64,000 bases of DNA from Candidatus Wallbacteria bacterium GWC2_49_35 (GTDB lineage Bacteria > Muiribacteriota > UBA9980): assembly GCA_001791795.1 (NCBI GenBank), contig MGFH01000246.1, forward strand, positions 958 through 64,957, written 5' to 3'. This document shows, piece after piece, positions 54,755 to 64,000 of this stretch; the first letter of the stretch is position 1; the number at the start of each line of letters is the position of its first letter. A program made the translations under genes and the position numbers. The notes beneath the pieces were generated by a model. The model was not told the origin of the DNA and ran no database searches. It saw nothing but the letters and a program-made list of their open reading frames with translations.

Positions 54755-57004
54755 TCATTCGAAGATTTTCGCCTTTTCGTTCACGTAAACCGTCGAGTTC
54801 TTAAGCCATATCTTTATGCGCTCGGCGTTAACGAATTTCACGTCCTCTAAATTCTGCTTTATGATAGCCGGAAACGTCGTTATTTCGATGCGGTCGTTGA
54901 AATAACTTACGCTGACGCATATTTTTTCGATGCCGCTGGTCTCCTCGAAAACCTTTACAGCGGAGATCATTATGGTGGCGATCTCCTGGAAGACCTCGGC
55001 CAGATTTTTGCTGGCCGTTTTATACTTTATGTTCACCAGGTCGGGCTTTAACGTCGAAATATCGCACTGCAGCTTGATATTTGGCACGAGTTTTTCCGCG
55101 ACGCTCACCAGCAGTTTGGCCTTTTCCCTGGGATCGTTGAACTCGTTCTTTCCGGTTTCCAGAGGAAGCCTTATCAGCGCGCCGTTTTCAAGATATGAAA
55201 TCGAGTTTCTCTGCGGAGCCCATACCAGGTGGGATTTCTGCGTGGCGGTATTGGTGATCTGCTTCAGTCCGCTCTTGTCTATATTGATCACGTAAATGTT
55301 GTCCGCGCCGCTTTTATTCGAGATGAACGCGATCTTGTCGGATGCCGGCGAAAATACCGGGAAATCGTTGAAGGCGCCGTCGTCGACGACGGCTTTGGTC
55401 TCGCCGCGCGTCTTAAGATTATAAAACATTATGTCTGATTTTTTCCCGTCGTAGGAAACGAAGGCCAGGTAGTATCCGTTCGGCGAAATGCAGGGGTTTT
55501 TAAGCGGGCCCGGAAGTATTTTTTCGGGCGCCTTATTCTCGGGTTCCACTTCCGTATTTGCGTATATTTCGGCGCGCGCCACGCGGAGCCTGTCGAGCAC
55601 GGACTCTTTGATATCGCCCTTCTGCGCTATGAACATATGCACCGAGCCGTAAAAATCGGATGATGAGATTTTATCGATGTTGATAGTCTGGGCGAAAACG
55701 ATGTTCGAAACGTTTACCACCGAAAAATCGTTGAGATAATAAAAGAAAAACGCGCACGAACCCGCGATCAGGACCGCGCTGGTAAAGGTCGTGAAAAGCT
55801 TCCTGAACGAGAACTCGAAAAGGTCGCTTAAAAACTCGAAAGCGAGAGTTATCAGGCAAACGGGAAGGAAAATATTGGCCGCGAAATAAAACGGCTTCAG
55901 ATAAATGAACGGTATCTTCTGTCCCACGCCTCCGTTTTCGAGGAATATTTCCTTTACGCCGGCGCTGGTCATTAAATTCTCTCCTATTGAAGCCATTGAA
56001 TAGGCGCCCAGCATGAAAAGAAATATTCTGAAGCCGCGGCCGAGGTGATCGTCGGCCAGAAAAATTATAGTGGCGGAAACGATGGTGAGCAGTATGCTTA
56101 TTTTGATTATAAATTCGTTGAGATTGAAAGTTTCCGGCATCGGAGACAGATTAAGCTGTTTGAGCCGTTCGGCGAGCTGGAAATCCACGCCCAGCCCGGA
56201 GGCGAAGCAAAGGTAGAAAACGGTTCCTATGAGGGAAATCAGGGCGATGCGTATCTTGGTTCCGGAGCTGACGTAGGTAACCGGGCACAAAAGGAAGAAA
56301 AGATATGCCGCGGTCATGCCCATGGCTATTTTTCCGGCGTCGGTGTTGGCCGTTATCTGCGGATAAGCCACGAACAGGAAAACCGCGAAAACCGCAATCG
56401 ACACGAGCGTGAGAAAATATTTGGCGAGCCTCGATTCGGGGCTCGCGTAAACCACTATCATCTGGGGTTTAGGCTTAGAGGAGGCCTTCGACTTCATCGC
56501 GGCGTTCTTTGCCTCACGCGATGTCGGGGCGTCGGGCGGAGGCTCCGGAGACTCATTGCCGCCGGAAGATTCGACGGTTTCGACGCTCGAAGCGATCGCC
56601 GAAGACGAATTATCAAGATTCTCTCTGGCGTATGATTTTACGTTTTTGGCCGCCGGCGCGGAGTGTCTGCCTCCATGACTTTTCGAAGCGGCGTCGGGCT
56701 CTTCGTCGGAGACCAGTTCTTCGGATATGGAAGACGCGAAATCGAGCGGATTGCTCGTCATTAATTCGCTCAGCGCCTTTTTAACGCGCGTATGAGCGTG
56801 CTCGACGTGAAGGCGTACGTCGGAACGCGGATAATTGATATTCTGGTCCAGAATTTCGAATAGCTGCTTTATTTCGGAAACTGAATAAACCGACCAGTCT
56901 TTAATATTGTCGATCGCGCGAAGCCCGTCGATCTTTATTTTAGCCGACGGATCGTTGATCAGCCCTATTAATTTCTGAAGATCTATAACGGGTTGCTGCT
57001 CCAT
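54755..57004 (-). CDS. Polytopic membrane protein with C-terminal TolB-like beta-propeller (PD40 repeats)
   Basis: Acidic/Ser-rich N-terminus. About 8 TM helices. C-terminal repeats (SPNGYYLAFVSYDGKKSDIMFYNL, FSPASDKIAFISNKSGADNIYVINI). Confidence 0.55.
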   Translation of the reverse strand: MEQQPVIDLQKLIGLINDPSAKIKIDGLRAIDNIKDWSVYSVSEIKQLFEILDQNINYPRSDVRLHVEHAHTRVKKALSELMTSNPLDFASSISEELVSDEEPDAASKSHGGRHSAPAAKNVKSYARENLDNSSSAIASSVETVESSGGNESPEPPPDAPTSREAKNAAMKSKASSKPKPQMIVVYASPESRLAKYFLTLVSIAVFAVFLFVAYPQITANTDAGKIAMGMTAAYLFFLLCPVTYVSSGTKIRIALISLIGTVFYLCFASGLGVDFQLAERLKQLNLSPMPETFNLNEFIIKISILLTIVSATIIFLADDHLGRGFRIFLFMLGAYSMASIGENLMTSAGVKEIFLENGGVGQKIPFIYLKPFYFAANIFLPVCLITLAFEFLSDLFEFSFRKLFTTFTSAVLIAGSCAFFFYYLNDFSVVNVSNIVFAQTINIDKISSSDFYGSVHMFIAQKGDIKESVLDRLRVARAEIYANTEVEPENKAPEKILPGPLKNPCISPNGYYLAFVSYDGKKSDIMFYNLKTRGETKAVVDDGAFNDFPVFSPASDKIAFISNKSGADNIYVINIDKSGLKQITNTATQKSHLVWAPQRNSISYLENGALIRLPLETGKNEFNDPREKAKLLVSVAEKLVPNIKLQCDISTLKPDLVNIKYKTASKNLAEVFQEIATIMISAVKVFEETSGIEKICVSVSYFNDRIEITTFPAIIKQNLEDVKFVNAERIKIWLKNSTVYVNEKAKIFE

Positions 57005-57152
57005 AATTCTTAACTCCTAAACTAATTATATAATCAATACCATACTATAAAACGGGCGTAACCGCCCATATTAATTATCGGCAATAAGAACGCGGAGCTT
57101 ATATATTTTCCATATTAAGTTGAAACCGGCCTCTGACCGGGCTAAAGCCGGA

Positions 57153-57614
57153 TCAGTCGATCTTGAAGATGGCTTCTATTTCGACGGCGGCGCCGAGCGG
57201 AAGCGACGAAACTCCCAGGGCCGCACGCGCGTGAGCGCCGTTATCGCCCATAACGCTCTTGAAAAATTCGGAAGCCCCGTTAATGACCTTCGGATGGTCT
57301 TTGAAATCGGAAGTGGCCGAGCAGAATCCGGAGATCTTGACCAGACGGCCGACTCGGCCGAGGTCGCCGCCGAGGGCGCCGGAAAGGGCCGCGAGGATAT
57401 TGACGGCGCAAAGCTGAGCGGCTTTCTGACCGTCCTCGATGCTGATGTCGTTTCCAAACGTTCCGCTATAAACCACTTTTCCGTCTTTAACGGGAAGCTG
57501 GCCCGATACGTAAGCCGCGCCGCCGGATATGACCACCGGTACGTAAGCCGCAAGGGGCGCCGCCGGTTTGGGAAGTTCTATATTCATTTCTTTCAATTTT
57601 TCGATTATATTCAT
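57153..57614 (-). CDS. RidA/YjgF-family protein
   Basis: 153-aa ORF with YjgF/chorismate-mutase-like fold motifs (PVVISGGAAYVSGQLP...ARAALGVSSLPLGAAVEIEAIF). Confidence 0.75.
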   Translation of the reverse strand: MNIIEKLKEMNIELPKPAAPLAAYVPVVISGGAAYVSGQLPVKDGKVVYSGTFGNDISIEDGQKAAQLCAVNILAALSGALGGDLGRVGRLVKISGFCSATSDFKDHPKVINGASEFFKSVMGDNGAHARAALGVSSLPLGAAVEIEAIFKID

Positions 57615-57656
57615 TATGATTACCTCCGGTTTATTCGATGAATTTTCGATATATTT

Positions 57657-58430
57657 TTACAGTTTGTTGAATGATTCCAGCGCCCTGTAGTCGGTCTGAT
57701 CTATCTGCAGCGGCGTTATGGAAATATACCCGTTTTCAACCGCTGTGAAATCGGTGTTATCGTCCACCTCGGTGATCTCGCGCTTGCCGGAAAGCCAGTA
57801 ATAGGCGCCCGAAGACGGTGCGTCGATCTTTTTATACGAATCGTCATATCGGAAATTGTTTATGCGCGTTATTTTATGGCCCTTGATCTCGCCGGTCTTT
57901 TTCGACGGCACGTTGATATTGAGCAGGAAGCGGTTGCCGTGCTCAACGCAGCGGTCACGAAGGCTTTTGATATTGTCTATAATGAAAGCCGACGCGCTCG
58001 GATATTCGGGATCGGGCATGTAGGAAGCTATTGAAACCGCGATCGATGGAAAATTCATAAAAAGCCCTTCGTAGGCGGCCGCTACCGTGCCGGAATACCT
58101 TATATCGAGCCCGATGTTAGGACCGTGGTTTATTCCTGAAATTATAAGGTCCGGCGTGACCCCGAGCGAAGGCATTATAACCTTGACGCCGAGTTTTACG
58201 CAGTCGGCGGGAGTGCCGTTCACGTAATAATATTTTTTGACGGCGGTCGATTTTTTCGAGTTGTATTCTCTGAAACGCAGCGGGTTGTGAAGCGTTATAG
58301 CGGCGCTGGTGGCCGATTTTTCAGATTCAGGGGCGACCACGTAAACCTCATGGCCGCCGGAGAGCGCCTCGGCGAGGTCGTGCAGCCCGCTGGCGTGGAT
58401 CCCGTCGTCGTTTGACACTAGTATCTTCAA
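57657..58430 (-). CDS. surE: 5'/3'-nucleotidase SurE
   Basis: N-terminus MKILVSNDDGIHASGL and GINHGPN motif. Confidence 0.9.
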   Translation of the reverse strand: MKILVSNDDGIHASGLHDLAEALSGGHEVYVVAPESEKSATSAAITLHNPLRFREYNSKKSTAVKKYYYVNGTPADCVKLGVKVIMPSLGVTPDLIISGINHGPNIGLDIRYSGTVAAAYEGLFMNFPSIAVSIASYMPDPEYPSASAFIIDNIKSLRDRCVEHGNRFLLNINVPSKKTGEIKGHKITRINNFRYDDSYKKIDAPSSGAYYWLSGKREITEVDDNTDFTAVENGYISITPLQIDQTDYRALESFNKL

Positions 58431-58467
58431 TTTATTGTTTTCCTTTCAGCATTTTGTATGCGGGCGG

Positions 58468-58689
58468 TTACTGGATCTTTACCTTTGAGTTGTCGAATTT
58501 TATTCCGTCGTTGACGATGATGATGTTGTTTTCGCGAAGAAGCCAGCCTATGGCCATTACAAAAAAATAATCCTCGATCGCGTGCTTTTCGATGATCGCC
58601 TTTTTGAGCTCTGAATATGCGGTTTCGCCTTCCTTGTCGAGATGTTTCCAGATATGGCCGGCGATGTCGCCGATTTCGGTTTTGATCAC
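58468..58689 (-). CDS. Small winged-helix protein (DUF2582-like)
   Basis: 73-aa ORF. Co-oriented between glnS and surE. No catalytic motif. Confidence 0.45.
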   Translation of the reverse strand: MIKTEIGDIAGHIWKHLDKEGETAYSELKKAIIEKHAIEDYFFVMAIGWLLRENNIIIVNDGIKFDNSKVKIQ

Positions 58690-58707
58690 TTCATACCCCC
58701 GATATAT

Positions 58708-60450
58708 TTATTTTTTTACCTGCATCTTTTTTTCGAGCTTCGCCCACGTGTCCACGAGCGTGACCGTCCTGTTGAATACGATTTTTTCGGGCGTCGAATC
58801 GGCGTCGGCGCAGAAATACCCCTGCCTTAAGAACTGGAAGCGGTCTTCAGGTTTCGCCGTTTTGAGGCCGGGTTCCACGTAGCACGGGTAGAGCGACGTG
58901 AACGAGCCGGCGTTCAGATTTTCTTTATAGTCGCCGGCGGAAGTTTCGTCGGGATTGGTTTTGGTGAACAGCTGATCGTAGAGGCGCACCTCGCAAGATA
59001 TGGCGTGGGCCGCCGAAATCCAGTGAAGTGTACCCTGTACCTTGCGCCCGTCGTCCGACCATCCGCCCTTTGTGGCGGGATCGTATGTGCAGCGCAGTTC
59101 AACGATATCGCCTTTTTCATCTTTTATAACGCTTTCGCATTTGATATAATAGGCATGTTTCAGGCGTACCTCGCGGCCGGGGGCGAGCCTGAAGAATTTA
59201 TTCGGCGGGTCTTCGCGAAAATCGTCGCTCTCGATATAAAGCACCTTCGAGAAAGGTATTTTTCTGGTGCCGGCGCTTTCGTCCTCGGGGTTGTTCTGCG
59301 CGTCGAGCTCTTCGACGGCGCCGTCGGGATAATTCGTTATAACCAGCTTCAGCGGCTTCATAACGCCCATGACCCTCAGCGCCCTTTTATTAAGATCTTC
59401 CCTCAGGCAGTATTCGAGCATGGCGAAATCGACCGTGCTGTTAGATTTTGCCACGCCTATCATTTCGCAGAAATTACGGATGGCCCCGGGAGTGTAGCCG
59501 CGCCTGCGAAGGCCCGATATCGTCGGCATGCGGGGATCGTCCCAGCCGCCGACGTATTTTTTGTCGACGAGCTCGAGCAGCTTTCGCTTGCTCATGACTG
59601 TATAGGTAAGGTTGAGGCGGGCGAACTCGATCTGGCGAGGATGGCATTCGGTTTTGAGCACGTCGAGAAACCAGTCGTATAAGGGCCTGTGGTCTTCGAA
59701 TTCGAGCGTGCATATCGAGTGGGTTATTTTTTCGATGGCGTCGGAAACGCAGTGCGTGAAATCGTACATCGGATAGATGCACCATTTGTCGCCGGTTCGG
59801 TGGTGCGCGGTGTGCCTGATGCGATATATTATCGGGTCGCGCATATTTATGTTGGGCGAGTTCATATCGATCTTGGCGCGCAGGACGAGTTTTCCATCTT
59901 CGAACTCGCCTTTTTTCATGCGTTCGAAAAGATCGAGGCTTTCGGCGACGGGCCTGTTTCTGTGGGGGCTTTCTTTTCCGCCCTCGGTGAGCGTTCCGCG
60001 GTATTCGCGCATTTCGTCGCCGGAGAGTTCGCACACGTAGGCCTTATCCATTTTAATAAGCGCCACGGCGTATTCGTAAAGTTTGTCGTAGTAGTCGGAA
60101 GCGTAATAGAGGTTCTCCTTCCAGTCGAAGCCGAGCCATCTGACGTCGCGCTCGATGGATTCGATATATTCGATATCTTCCTTGCAGGGGTTGGTGTCGT
60201 CGAAGCGCAGGTGGCAGCGGCCGCCGTATTCCTTCGCCAGGCCGAAGTTCAGGCATATCGATTTGGCGTGGCCTATGTGCAGGTAGCCGTTGGGCTCCGG
60301 CGGAAAGCGCGTTACGATGGATGCGTGCTTGCCTGTTTTAAGATCTTCGGCGATGATATCTTTTATAAAATTGGATGGGTTGACCGCGGGTGCATTTTCA
60401 GCCGCGGGTTTCGCGGGCGAGGCGCCGGCCGTTCCGTTTGAGTTCGACAT
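58708..60450 (-). CDS. glnS: Glutaminyl-tRNA synthetase
   Basis: Class I HIGH motif ([14 protein letters not shown]). MSK-type motif VMSKR. GlnRS anticodon-binding beta-barrels. About 30-aa low-complexity N-terminal extension. Confidence 0.9.
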   Translation of the reverse strand: MSNSNGTAGASPAKPAAENAPAVNPSNFIKDIIAEDLKTGKHASIVTRFPPEPNGYLHIGHAKSICLNFGLAKEYGGRCHLRFDDTNPCKEDIEYIESIERDVRWLGFDWKENLYYASDYYDKLYEYAVALIKMDKAYVCELSGDEMREYRGTLTEGGKESPHRNRPVAESLDLFERMKKGEFEDGKLVLRAKIDMNSPNINMRDPIIYRIRHTAHHRTGDKWCIYPMYDFTHCVSDAIEKITHSICTLEFEDHRPLYDWFLDVLKTECHPRQIEFARLNLTYTVMSKRKLLELVDKKYVGGWDDPRMPTISGLRRRGYTPGAIRNFCEMIGVAKSNSTVDFAMLEYCLREDLNKRALRVMGVMKPLKLVITNYPDGAVEELDAQNNPEDESAGTRKIPFSKVLYIESDDFREDPPNKFFRLAPGREVRLKHAYYIKCESVIKDEKGDIVELRCTYDPATKGGWSDDGRKVQGTLHWISAAHAISCEVRLYDQLFTKTNPDETSAGDYKENLNAGSFTSLYPCYVEPGLKTAKPEDRFQFLRQGYFCADADSTPEKIVFNRTVTLVDTWAKLEKKMQVKK

Positions 60451-60609
60451 TAAATAATTTCCCCCTTAGAATTAAAAGGCTCGCCTGTAATATAAAATGA
60501 AGCGGCCTGACGGTAAAATTTTATACCTAATGATACCAGATTTTATTAATAAATTCAAGAGTTTTACCTGATTTTTCAATATTTTTTCTTTGTTTCCAAT
60601 CGGTTTCAT

Positions 60610-60638
60610 TTGAAATTTACGGCGAATTCTGATATAAT
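60610..60638 (+). promoter_or_regulatory. Consensus sigma70 promoter TTGAAA-N17-TATAAT for the flavodiiron gene
   Basis: ttgaaa 60610-60615, 17-nt spacer, tataat 60633-60638. Confidence 0.5.
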
Positions 60639-60728
60639 AGCCTCGAGTTTTTGGTCCGGCGATGAATATACCGGAAAGATATATTAGTAAATCATAATAC
60701 TTTAATTAATCGGAAAAGAGGAACCGCA

Positions 60729-61955
60729 ATGCCAGCGATCAAAATCAGCGACACCTTATACAGCGTGGGCGTAAAGCATCCGGATCTGAAGGTATTCGAC
60801 CTTCTGATGCCTCTGATGCACGGCACGACCTACAACTCTTTCCTTATAACGGGCGAGAAGAACGTCGTCATCGACACCGTCAAGCTCAAATTCTTCGGCG
60901 AGTTCATCGAAAATATAAAGCAGGTGATCGACCCTTCGAAGATCGATTATATCGTCATACAGCACAACGAGCTCGACCACGCGGGCTCGCTTTTGAAACT
61001 GCTGGAACTAGCGCCCGGAGCGAAGATCGTCATATCCAAAGCGGCCGAGAACTTTCTGAATAATTCGTTTAATTCGAAACTCGATTTCATAAAGGCCGAC
61101 GATACGACCGAGATAAAGCTCGGACCGTCTCAGACGCTGAAATTCGTTTCAGCGCCCTTTCTGCACTGGCCTGACACGATGTTCACCTATTACGCCGAAG
61201 AAAAAGCGCTTTTCACCTGCGACGCTTTCGGCGCGCACTACTGTCAGAAAAAAGGACTTTACTCGGGCGATATGGACCGCGCCGAATTTGAAGATGATTA
61301 TTTCAAACAGTTCAAGATATATTTCGAGATCATAATGCGCGTGTACAGCACGAAGGTTGTCTCGGCGTGCGAAAAGATCAAGAGCCTTCCGATAAACCTC
61401 CTGCTGCCCTCGCACGGCCCTCTGGTAAACGCGGATATCGCCCGCCACGTAAAATGCTACATCGACTGGAGCTTCTCGGCCCCCTCGGCGGAATGCAAAA
61501 AAGCCGTGATCGTTTATTCGTCGATGTACGGCAGCACCATGAAAATGGCTTACCACATCGAATCGCTGCTGAAACTGCGCGGCGTAAAAACCTTCGTCGC
61601 CGAGATCCCCTTCGCCATGAGCGAGTCGCAGATGGCCGACGTCATAAAAGAAATAGCGGTTTCCGACGCCTTGCTGATCGGCTCTTCGACGATCTGTTCG
61701 ACGGTTCTCAAACCCATATGGGACTTTTTATTCTTCCTGGCCACCGTCGAACTGAAAGGCAAGACCGGCGGCGTTTTCGGCTCGTTCGGCTGGGACCCGC
61801 AGGGCCTGAAGATAATAGAACTCGTACTGAGCAACTATAAAATGAAATTGATCAAAGACATGTACAAAATAAAATTCGTCCCGTCCGAAGATAAGCTCCT
61901 CCCCGCTCAGGAGTTTGTCGACAGGCTCGTAAAATCGATGAACGGCGAAGAATAA
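60729..61955 (+). CDS. Flavodiiron protein (FprA-type O2/NO reductase; metallo-beta-lactamase + flavodoxin domains)
   Basis: Di-iron site motif HNELDHAG (H-x-E-x-D-H) in a beta-lactamase-like domain. C-terminal flavodoxin-like domain (AVIVYSSMYGSTMKMA). Confidence 0.85.
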   Translation: MPAIKISDTLYSVGVKHPDLKVFDLLMPLMHGTTYNSFLITGEKNVVIDTVKLKFFGEFIENIKQVIDPSKIDYIVIQHNELDHAGSLLKLLELAPGAKIVISKAAENFLNNSFNSKLDFIKADDTTEIKLGPSQTLKFVSAPFLHWPDTMFTYYAEEKALFTCDAFGAHYCQKKGLYSGDMDRAEFEDDYFKQFKIYFEIIMRVYSTKVVSACEKIKSLPINLLLPSHGPLVNADIARHVKCYIDWSFSAPSAECKKAVIVYSSMYGSTMKMAYHIESLLKLRGVKTFVAEIPFAMSESQMADVIKEIAVSDALLIGSSTICSTVLKPIWDFLFFLATVELKGKTGGVFGSFGWDPQGLKIIELVLSNYKMKLIKDMYKIKFVPSEDKLLPAQEFVDRLVKSMNGEE

Positions 61956-61971
61956 GAAGACTTTTTTTGAT

Positions 61972-62010
61972 GGGGAGGAAGAAGGGACTTATAGCCCCTT
62001 CTTCCTCCCC
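61972..62010. repeat. Perfect 15-bp stem / 9-nt loop hairpin (ggggaggaagaaggg...cccttcttcctcccc), preceded by T7
   Basis: Read directly. Begins 17 nt after the flavodiiron stop. The T-run precedes the stem rather than following it. Confidence 0.5.
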
Positions 62011-62169
62011 ATAGCCCCTCCATCTACCCCTGAATTGCCTGACGCTTTAATTCAATTTGCCGGCCGCTTTCCGCTCCCGGCTTTAGTTCTAATCTTCGCG
62101 CCCGTTCTGTCTTGTCATAAACTTCTTTTTTATTTTTCAGTTGTTCTCCTTTACTTCTGTCACGGCAGC

Positions 62170-62196
62170 AGGCGCAGACGCTTCGCGTCTGCGCCT
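62170..62196. repeat. Perfect 11-bp stem hairpin (aggcgcagacg-cttcg-cgtctgcgcct)
   Basis: Read directly. Confidence 0.5.
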
Positions 62197-62376
62197 TCAA
62201 GGCATTAAGGCATATCAGCGAGTCAATATTCCGGCTCACGGTAAACACACCAAAATAAAAGCACTTTTCGTTTTGCCTGTTTATTAATATTTCGGATAAC
62301 TTATAGAAAGATTTCATGACAAAGCTTCCCGGCACAAAGCCATCAAAAGCCAAGACAGTGGCAGCGGCTTTCGCCT

Positions 62377-62409
62377 GCCATAAAAGTCCGTGAAACGGAC
62401 TTTTATGGC
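62377..62409. repeat. Perfect 15-bp stem / 3-nt loop hairpin (gccataaaagtccgt-gaa-acggacttttatggc)
   Basis: Read directly. Confidence 0.5.
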
Positions 62410-62417
62410 AATGCGAC

Positions 62418-62447
62418 AAATCATCGCAGCCCTAGCTGCGATGATTT
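62418..62447. repeat. Perfect 13-bp stem / 4-nt loop hairpin (aaatcatcgcagc-ccta-gctgcgatgattt)
   Basis: Read directly, 8 nt after the previous hairpin. Confidence 0.5.
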
Positions 62448-62475
62448 AACATCAGGGATAGAGAGGGGATCAAAA

Positions 62476-62517
62476 GGGGAGAGGAAGGGCCATCGGCCTT
62501 TCCACTCCCCTTTTTTT
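62476..62517 (+). terminator. Intrinsic-terminator-like element: 12/14-bp stem (ggggagaggaaggg/cctttccactcccc) + T7, preceded by A4
   Basis: Stem sequence closely resembles the 61972 hairpin (GGGGAGGAAGAAGGG vs GGGGAGAGGAAGGG). T-run 62511-62517. Confidence 0.4.
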
Positions 62518-62566
62518 GATTACCGTTTCTATTTTCTGTTTTCTATTATCTGTTATCTATTTAAAG

Positions 62567-64000
62567 TTAAAACTTTTTCCAGAAGCTGGTTTTCGCCTGT
62601 GGTTTGATCAGCTGGCGCGCGCGTTCGGCGTAGGGCGAATCGATGGGCGCGTGAGTAATGACGGCGATATTTTCGCTCACGGCCTCGTCCATCATACCTT
62701 TATCGCGGTAGGCCTGACCGAGTTTGAAGTGCGCCTCGAAGTTTTTCTCGTCGTACTTAATGACCTCTTTGAAGTGAGAAATAGCTTCTTCGGTGAGCAT
62801 CTTCTTCTGGTATACTTCGGCGAGTTTAAAGTGCGCGTCGACGAAGTCGTGTTTCTGGGCGATGGCGGCCTTGTATTCGGAAATAGCCTCGTTCATCATG
62901 CCTTTTTCTTCGTTGATCATGCCGAGGTAATAGTAAGGCTGGTATTGTTTCGGCGTGAGTTTAATGATCTTTTCGAATTCTTCGCGCGCGTCTTCGAAGA
63001 GCGAATTTTCGAACAGGGTGACCGCGAGATTGAAGCGCGCGTCGTAATTGTTCGGGCTCATCGAAGAAATTTTACGGAATTGTTCGATAGCCTCGCTGGT
63101 GAAGTTTTTGATCTTGTACAGGCGGCCTAGTTCGAGGTTAGCGTCGATCCTGTTCTCGTTGATCTTAAGTGATTCTTTATACTGGATAATGGCCGCGTCG
63201 TAATCTTTCTGTCTGGTATAAAGCGCTCCGAGTTTGAGGCGCGCCTCGATATTGTCGTGGTGAAAATCGATTATCTTGCGCAGGTAGTTTTCGGCCTGAG
63301 TGGCGTTCTGGCCTTCTTCGGAGGCCTCGGCGACTGTGAACAGCGTTTCGAGGTCGTCCGGTTTTATTTCGAGCAATTCGTTGCCGGTTTCGATAACATC
63401 GTACCACATCTGCTTATTGAAGTAGCACTGCGACAATTTAGAAAGCACGGCCGCGTAATCGCCAGTCTTCTTCGTTTTAAGCTCGCGGTAAAGCGTGATG
63501 GCGTTATCGAAATCGCCGGTTTTAAAGTAAAGATCGGCGAGGGCCGCGACGGGTACGGGATCGTTTTTAGAGGCGTCGACGGCTTTTTTATAATGTTTGA
63601 CGGCTTCCGGATAGTTTTCCATGGCCTGATAAGCCTCCGCCAGAGCGCTCATGCATTCGAAGCCGGCCTGCCCGGTCTCGATCGCTTTTTCGTACTGCGC
63701 GATGGCCTCGCTGTATTCCTTCGACGCCATGAATATCCTGCCGAGGTAATAGTTAGCTCCGGAAAGCGCGGGATTTATCGCCAGCGCTTTTTTGAGCTCC
63801 TGGCGCGCCTCGTCGAAGCGCTCGCATTTAAAGTAAATTTCCCCCGCAAGAGCGAATATCTTGTGATCGCCGGGGCTGGCCGCCGCGGCCTTTTTAAGGG
63901 CGTTAAGCGCGTCGGCGTATGATTTTTTGAAGTACGATATGAGCGCCGTTTCGAAAAGCGCTTCGCTGTTGGCCGGGTTAAGGGCGGCCGCCTTCTGGAA
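62567..64000 (-). CDS. TPR-repeat protein, N-terminus outside the window
   Basis: Track ORF 62567..63730 (MASKEY...) continues in frame with no stop for all 90 codons up to the window edge. Manual translation gives further TPR units (...YFKCERFDEARQELKKALAINPALSGANYYLGRIF-MAS...), so the true start lies beyond 64000. Confidence 0.75.
   Translation of the reverse strand, partial: FQKAAALNPANSEALFETALISYFKKSYADALNALKKAAAASPGDHKIFALAGEIYFKCERFDEARQELKKALAINPALSGANYYLGRIFMASKEYSEAIAQYEKAIETGQAGFECMSALAEAYQAMENYPEAVKHYKKAVDASKNDPVPVAALADLYFKTGDFDNAITLYRELKTKKTGDYAAVLSKLSQCYFNKQMWYDVIETGNELLEIKPDDLETLFTVAEASEEGQNATQAENYLRKIIDFHHDNIEARLKLGALYTRQKDYDAAIIQYKESLKINENRIDANLELGRLYKIKNFTSEAIEQFRKISSMSPNNYDARFNLAVTLFENSLFEDAREEFEKIIKLTPKQYQPYYYLGMINEEKGMMNEAISEYKAAIAQKHDFVDAHFKLAEVYQKKMLTEEAISHFKEVIKYDEKNFEAHFKLGQAYRDKGMMDEAVSENIAVITHAPIDSPYAERARQLIKPQAKTSFWKKF

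Noticed and set aside
59005-60441. ORFs 59005..59682(+), 59689..60441(+) and 59474..60034(-) overlapping glnS
   Set aside because: glnS is unambiguous (HIGH, VMSKR). These are shadow or off-frame ORFs.
62024-62419. 131-aa minus-strand ORF in the hairpin island
   Set aside because: Its N-terminus is encoded by the perfect palindromes themselves (HKSPFHG…). Cys/Arg-rich with no Shine-Dalgarno or motif. More likely the region is non-coding RNA or repeat DNA.
1-64000. Mobile elements, CRISPR arrays, tRNA/rRNA/tmRNA/RNase P/SRP RNA
   Set aside because: No transposase or integrase-like ORFs and no regularly spaced repeat arrays. No GGTTCGAATCC-type T-arm motifs, tmRNA tag frame, or SRP/RNase P conserved boxes were seen by eye in intergenic regions. 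A covariance-model scan would be the proper check.

Overview
This window reads as an ordinary chromosomal segment from a moderately GC-rich bacterium with a lysine/glutamate-rich proteome, judged by eye. I found no rRNA, tRNA, CRISPR array, transposase, integrase or phage gene. Every protein family named below is assigned by motif recognition and recall only, with no database search.

**What is here.** About 45 genes tile the window on both strands.
- Housekeeping genes: kdsD (partial), kdsA, rsmA/ksgA, alr, pyk, rfbB, glnS, rnhB, surE, a ridA-family gene, psuG, an IscS-like cysteine desulfurase, an aspartate-family aminotransferase and a flavodiiron protein.
- Envelope and secreted functions: a giant multi-parvulin PpiD-like chaperone, a secreted GH13 pullulanase, a TPR-SpoIID/LytB protein and a UshA-like 5'-nucleotidase.
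- Signal transduction is unusually dense: five hybrid histidine kinases, a stand-alone Hpt protein, a stand-alone CheY-like regulator and a membrane GAF class III nucleotide cyclase.

**Most interesting region.** A co-directional, tightly spaced block on the + strand from about 14.0 to 28.4 kb:
- pyruvate kinase with an unexpected C-terminal [4Fe-4S] ferredoxin-like tail;
- three hybrid sensor kinases, with a 4-bp ATGA overlap between the second and third;
- a stand-alone Hpt protein and a single-domain CheY-like regulator;
- a HEAT-repeat membrane protein;
- a processive family-2 glycosyltransferase (GT2) with a QxxRW motif;
- an MnmA-family PP-loop protein.

I read this as a candidate phosphorelay-controlled exopolysaccharide synthase module whose HEAT-repeat coupling has not, to my knowledge, been described.

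**Other points worth a second look.**
- A roughly 600-bp non-coding island at 61956-62566 carries four perfect 11-15-bp hairpins and a hairpin-plus-T7 terminator, making it a candidate sRNA or MITE-like element.
- A repeat-rich 450-bp intergenic region at 28357-28805 has a 13-bp perfect inverted repeat sequestering a GGGGG Shine-Dalgarno of a 53-aa ORF, plus two pairs of direct repeats phased at 21 bp.
- An ABC-2 permease is fused to a CPBP/Abi intramembrane protease.
- A small two-transmembrane-segment (2TM) protein loosely recalls Pycsar effectors, but I do not call a Pycsar system.
- Canonical sigma70 promoters of the form TTGAAA-N17-TATAAT appear at three loci.

Many long ORFs in the supplied track are antisense artefacts of the K/E-rich coding strands and are rejected below. 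The track uses TTG/GTG starts, and several starts were trimmed to ATG codons with a Shine-Dalgarno.
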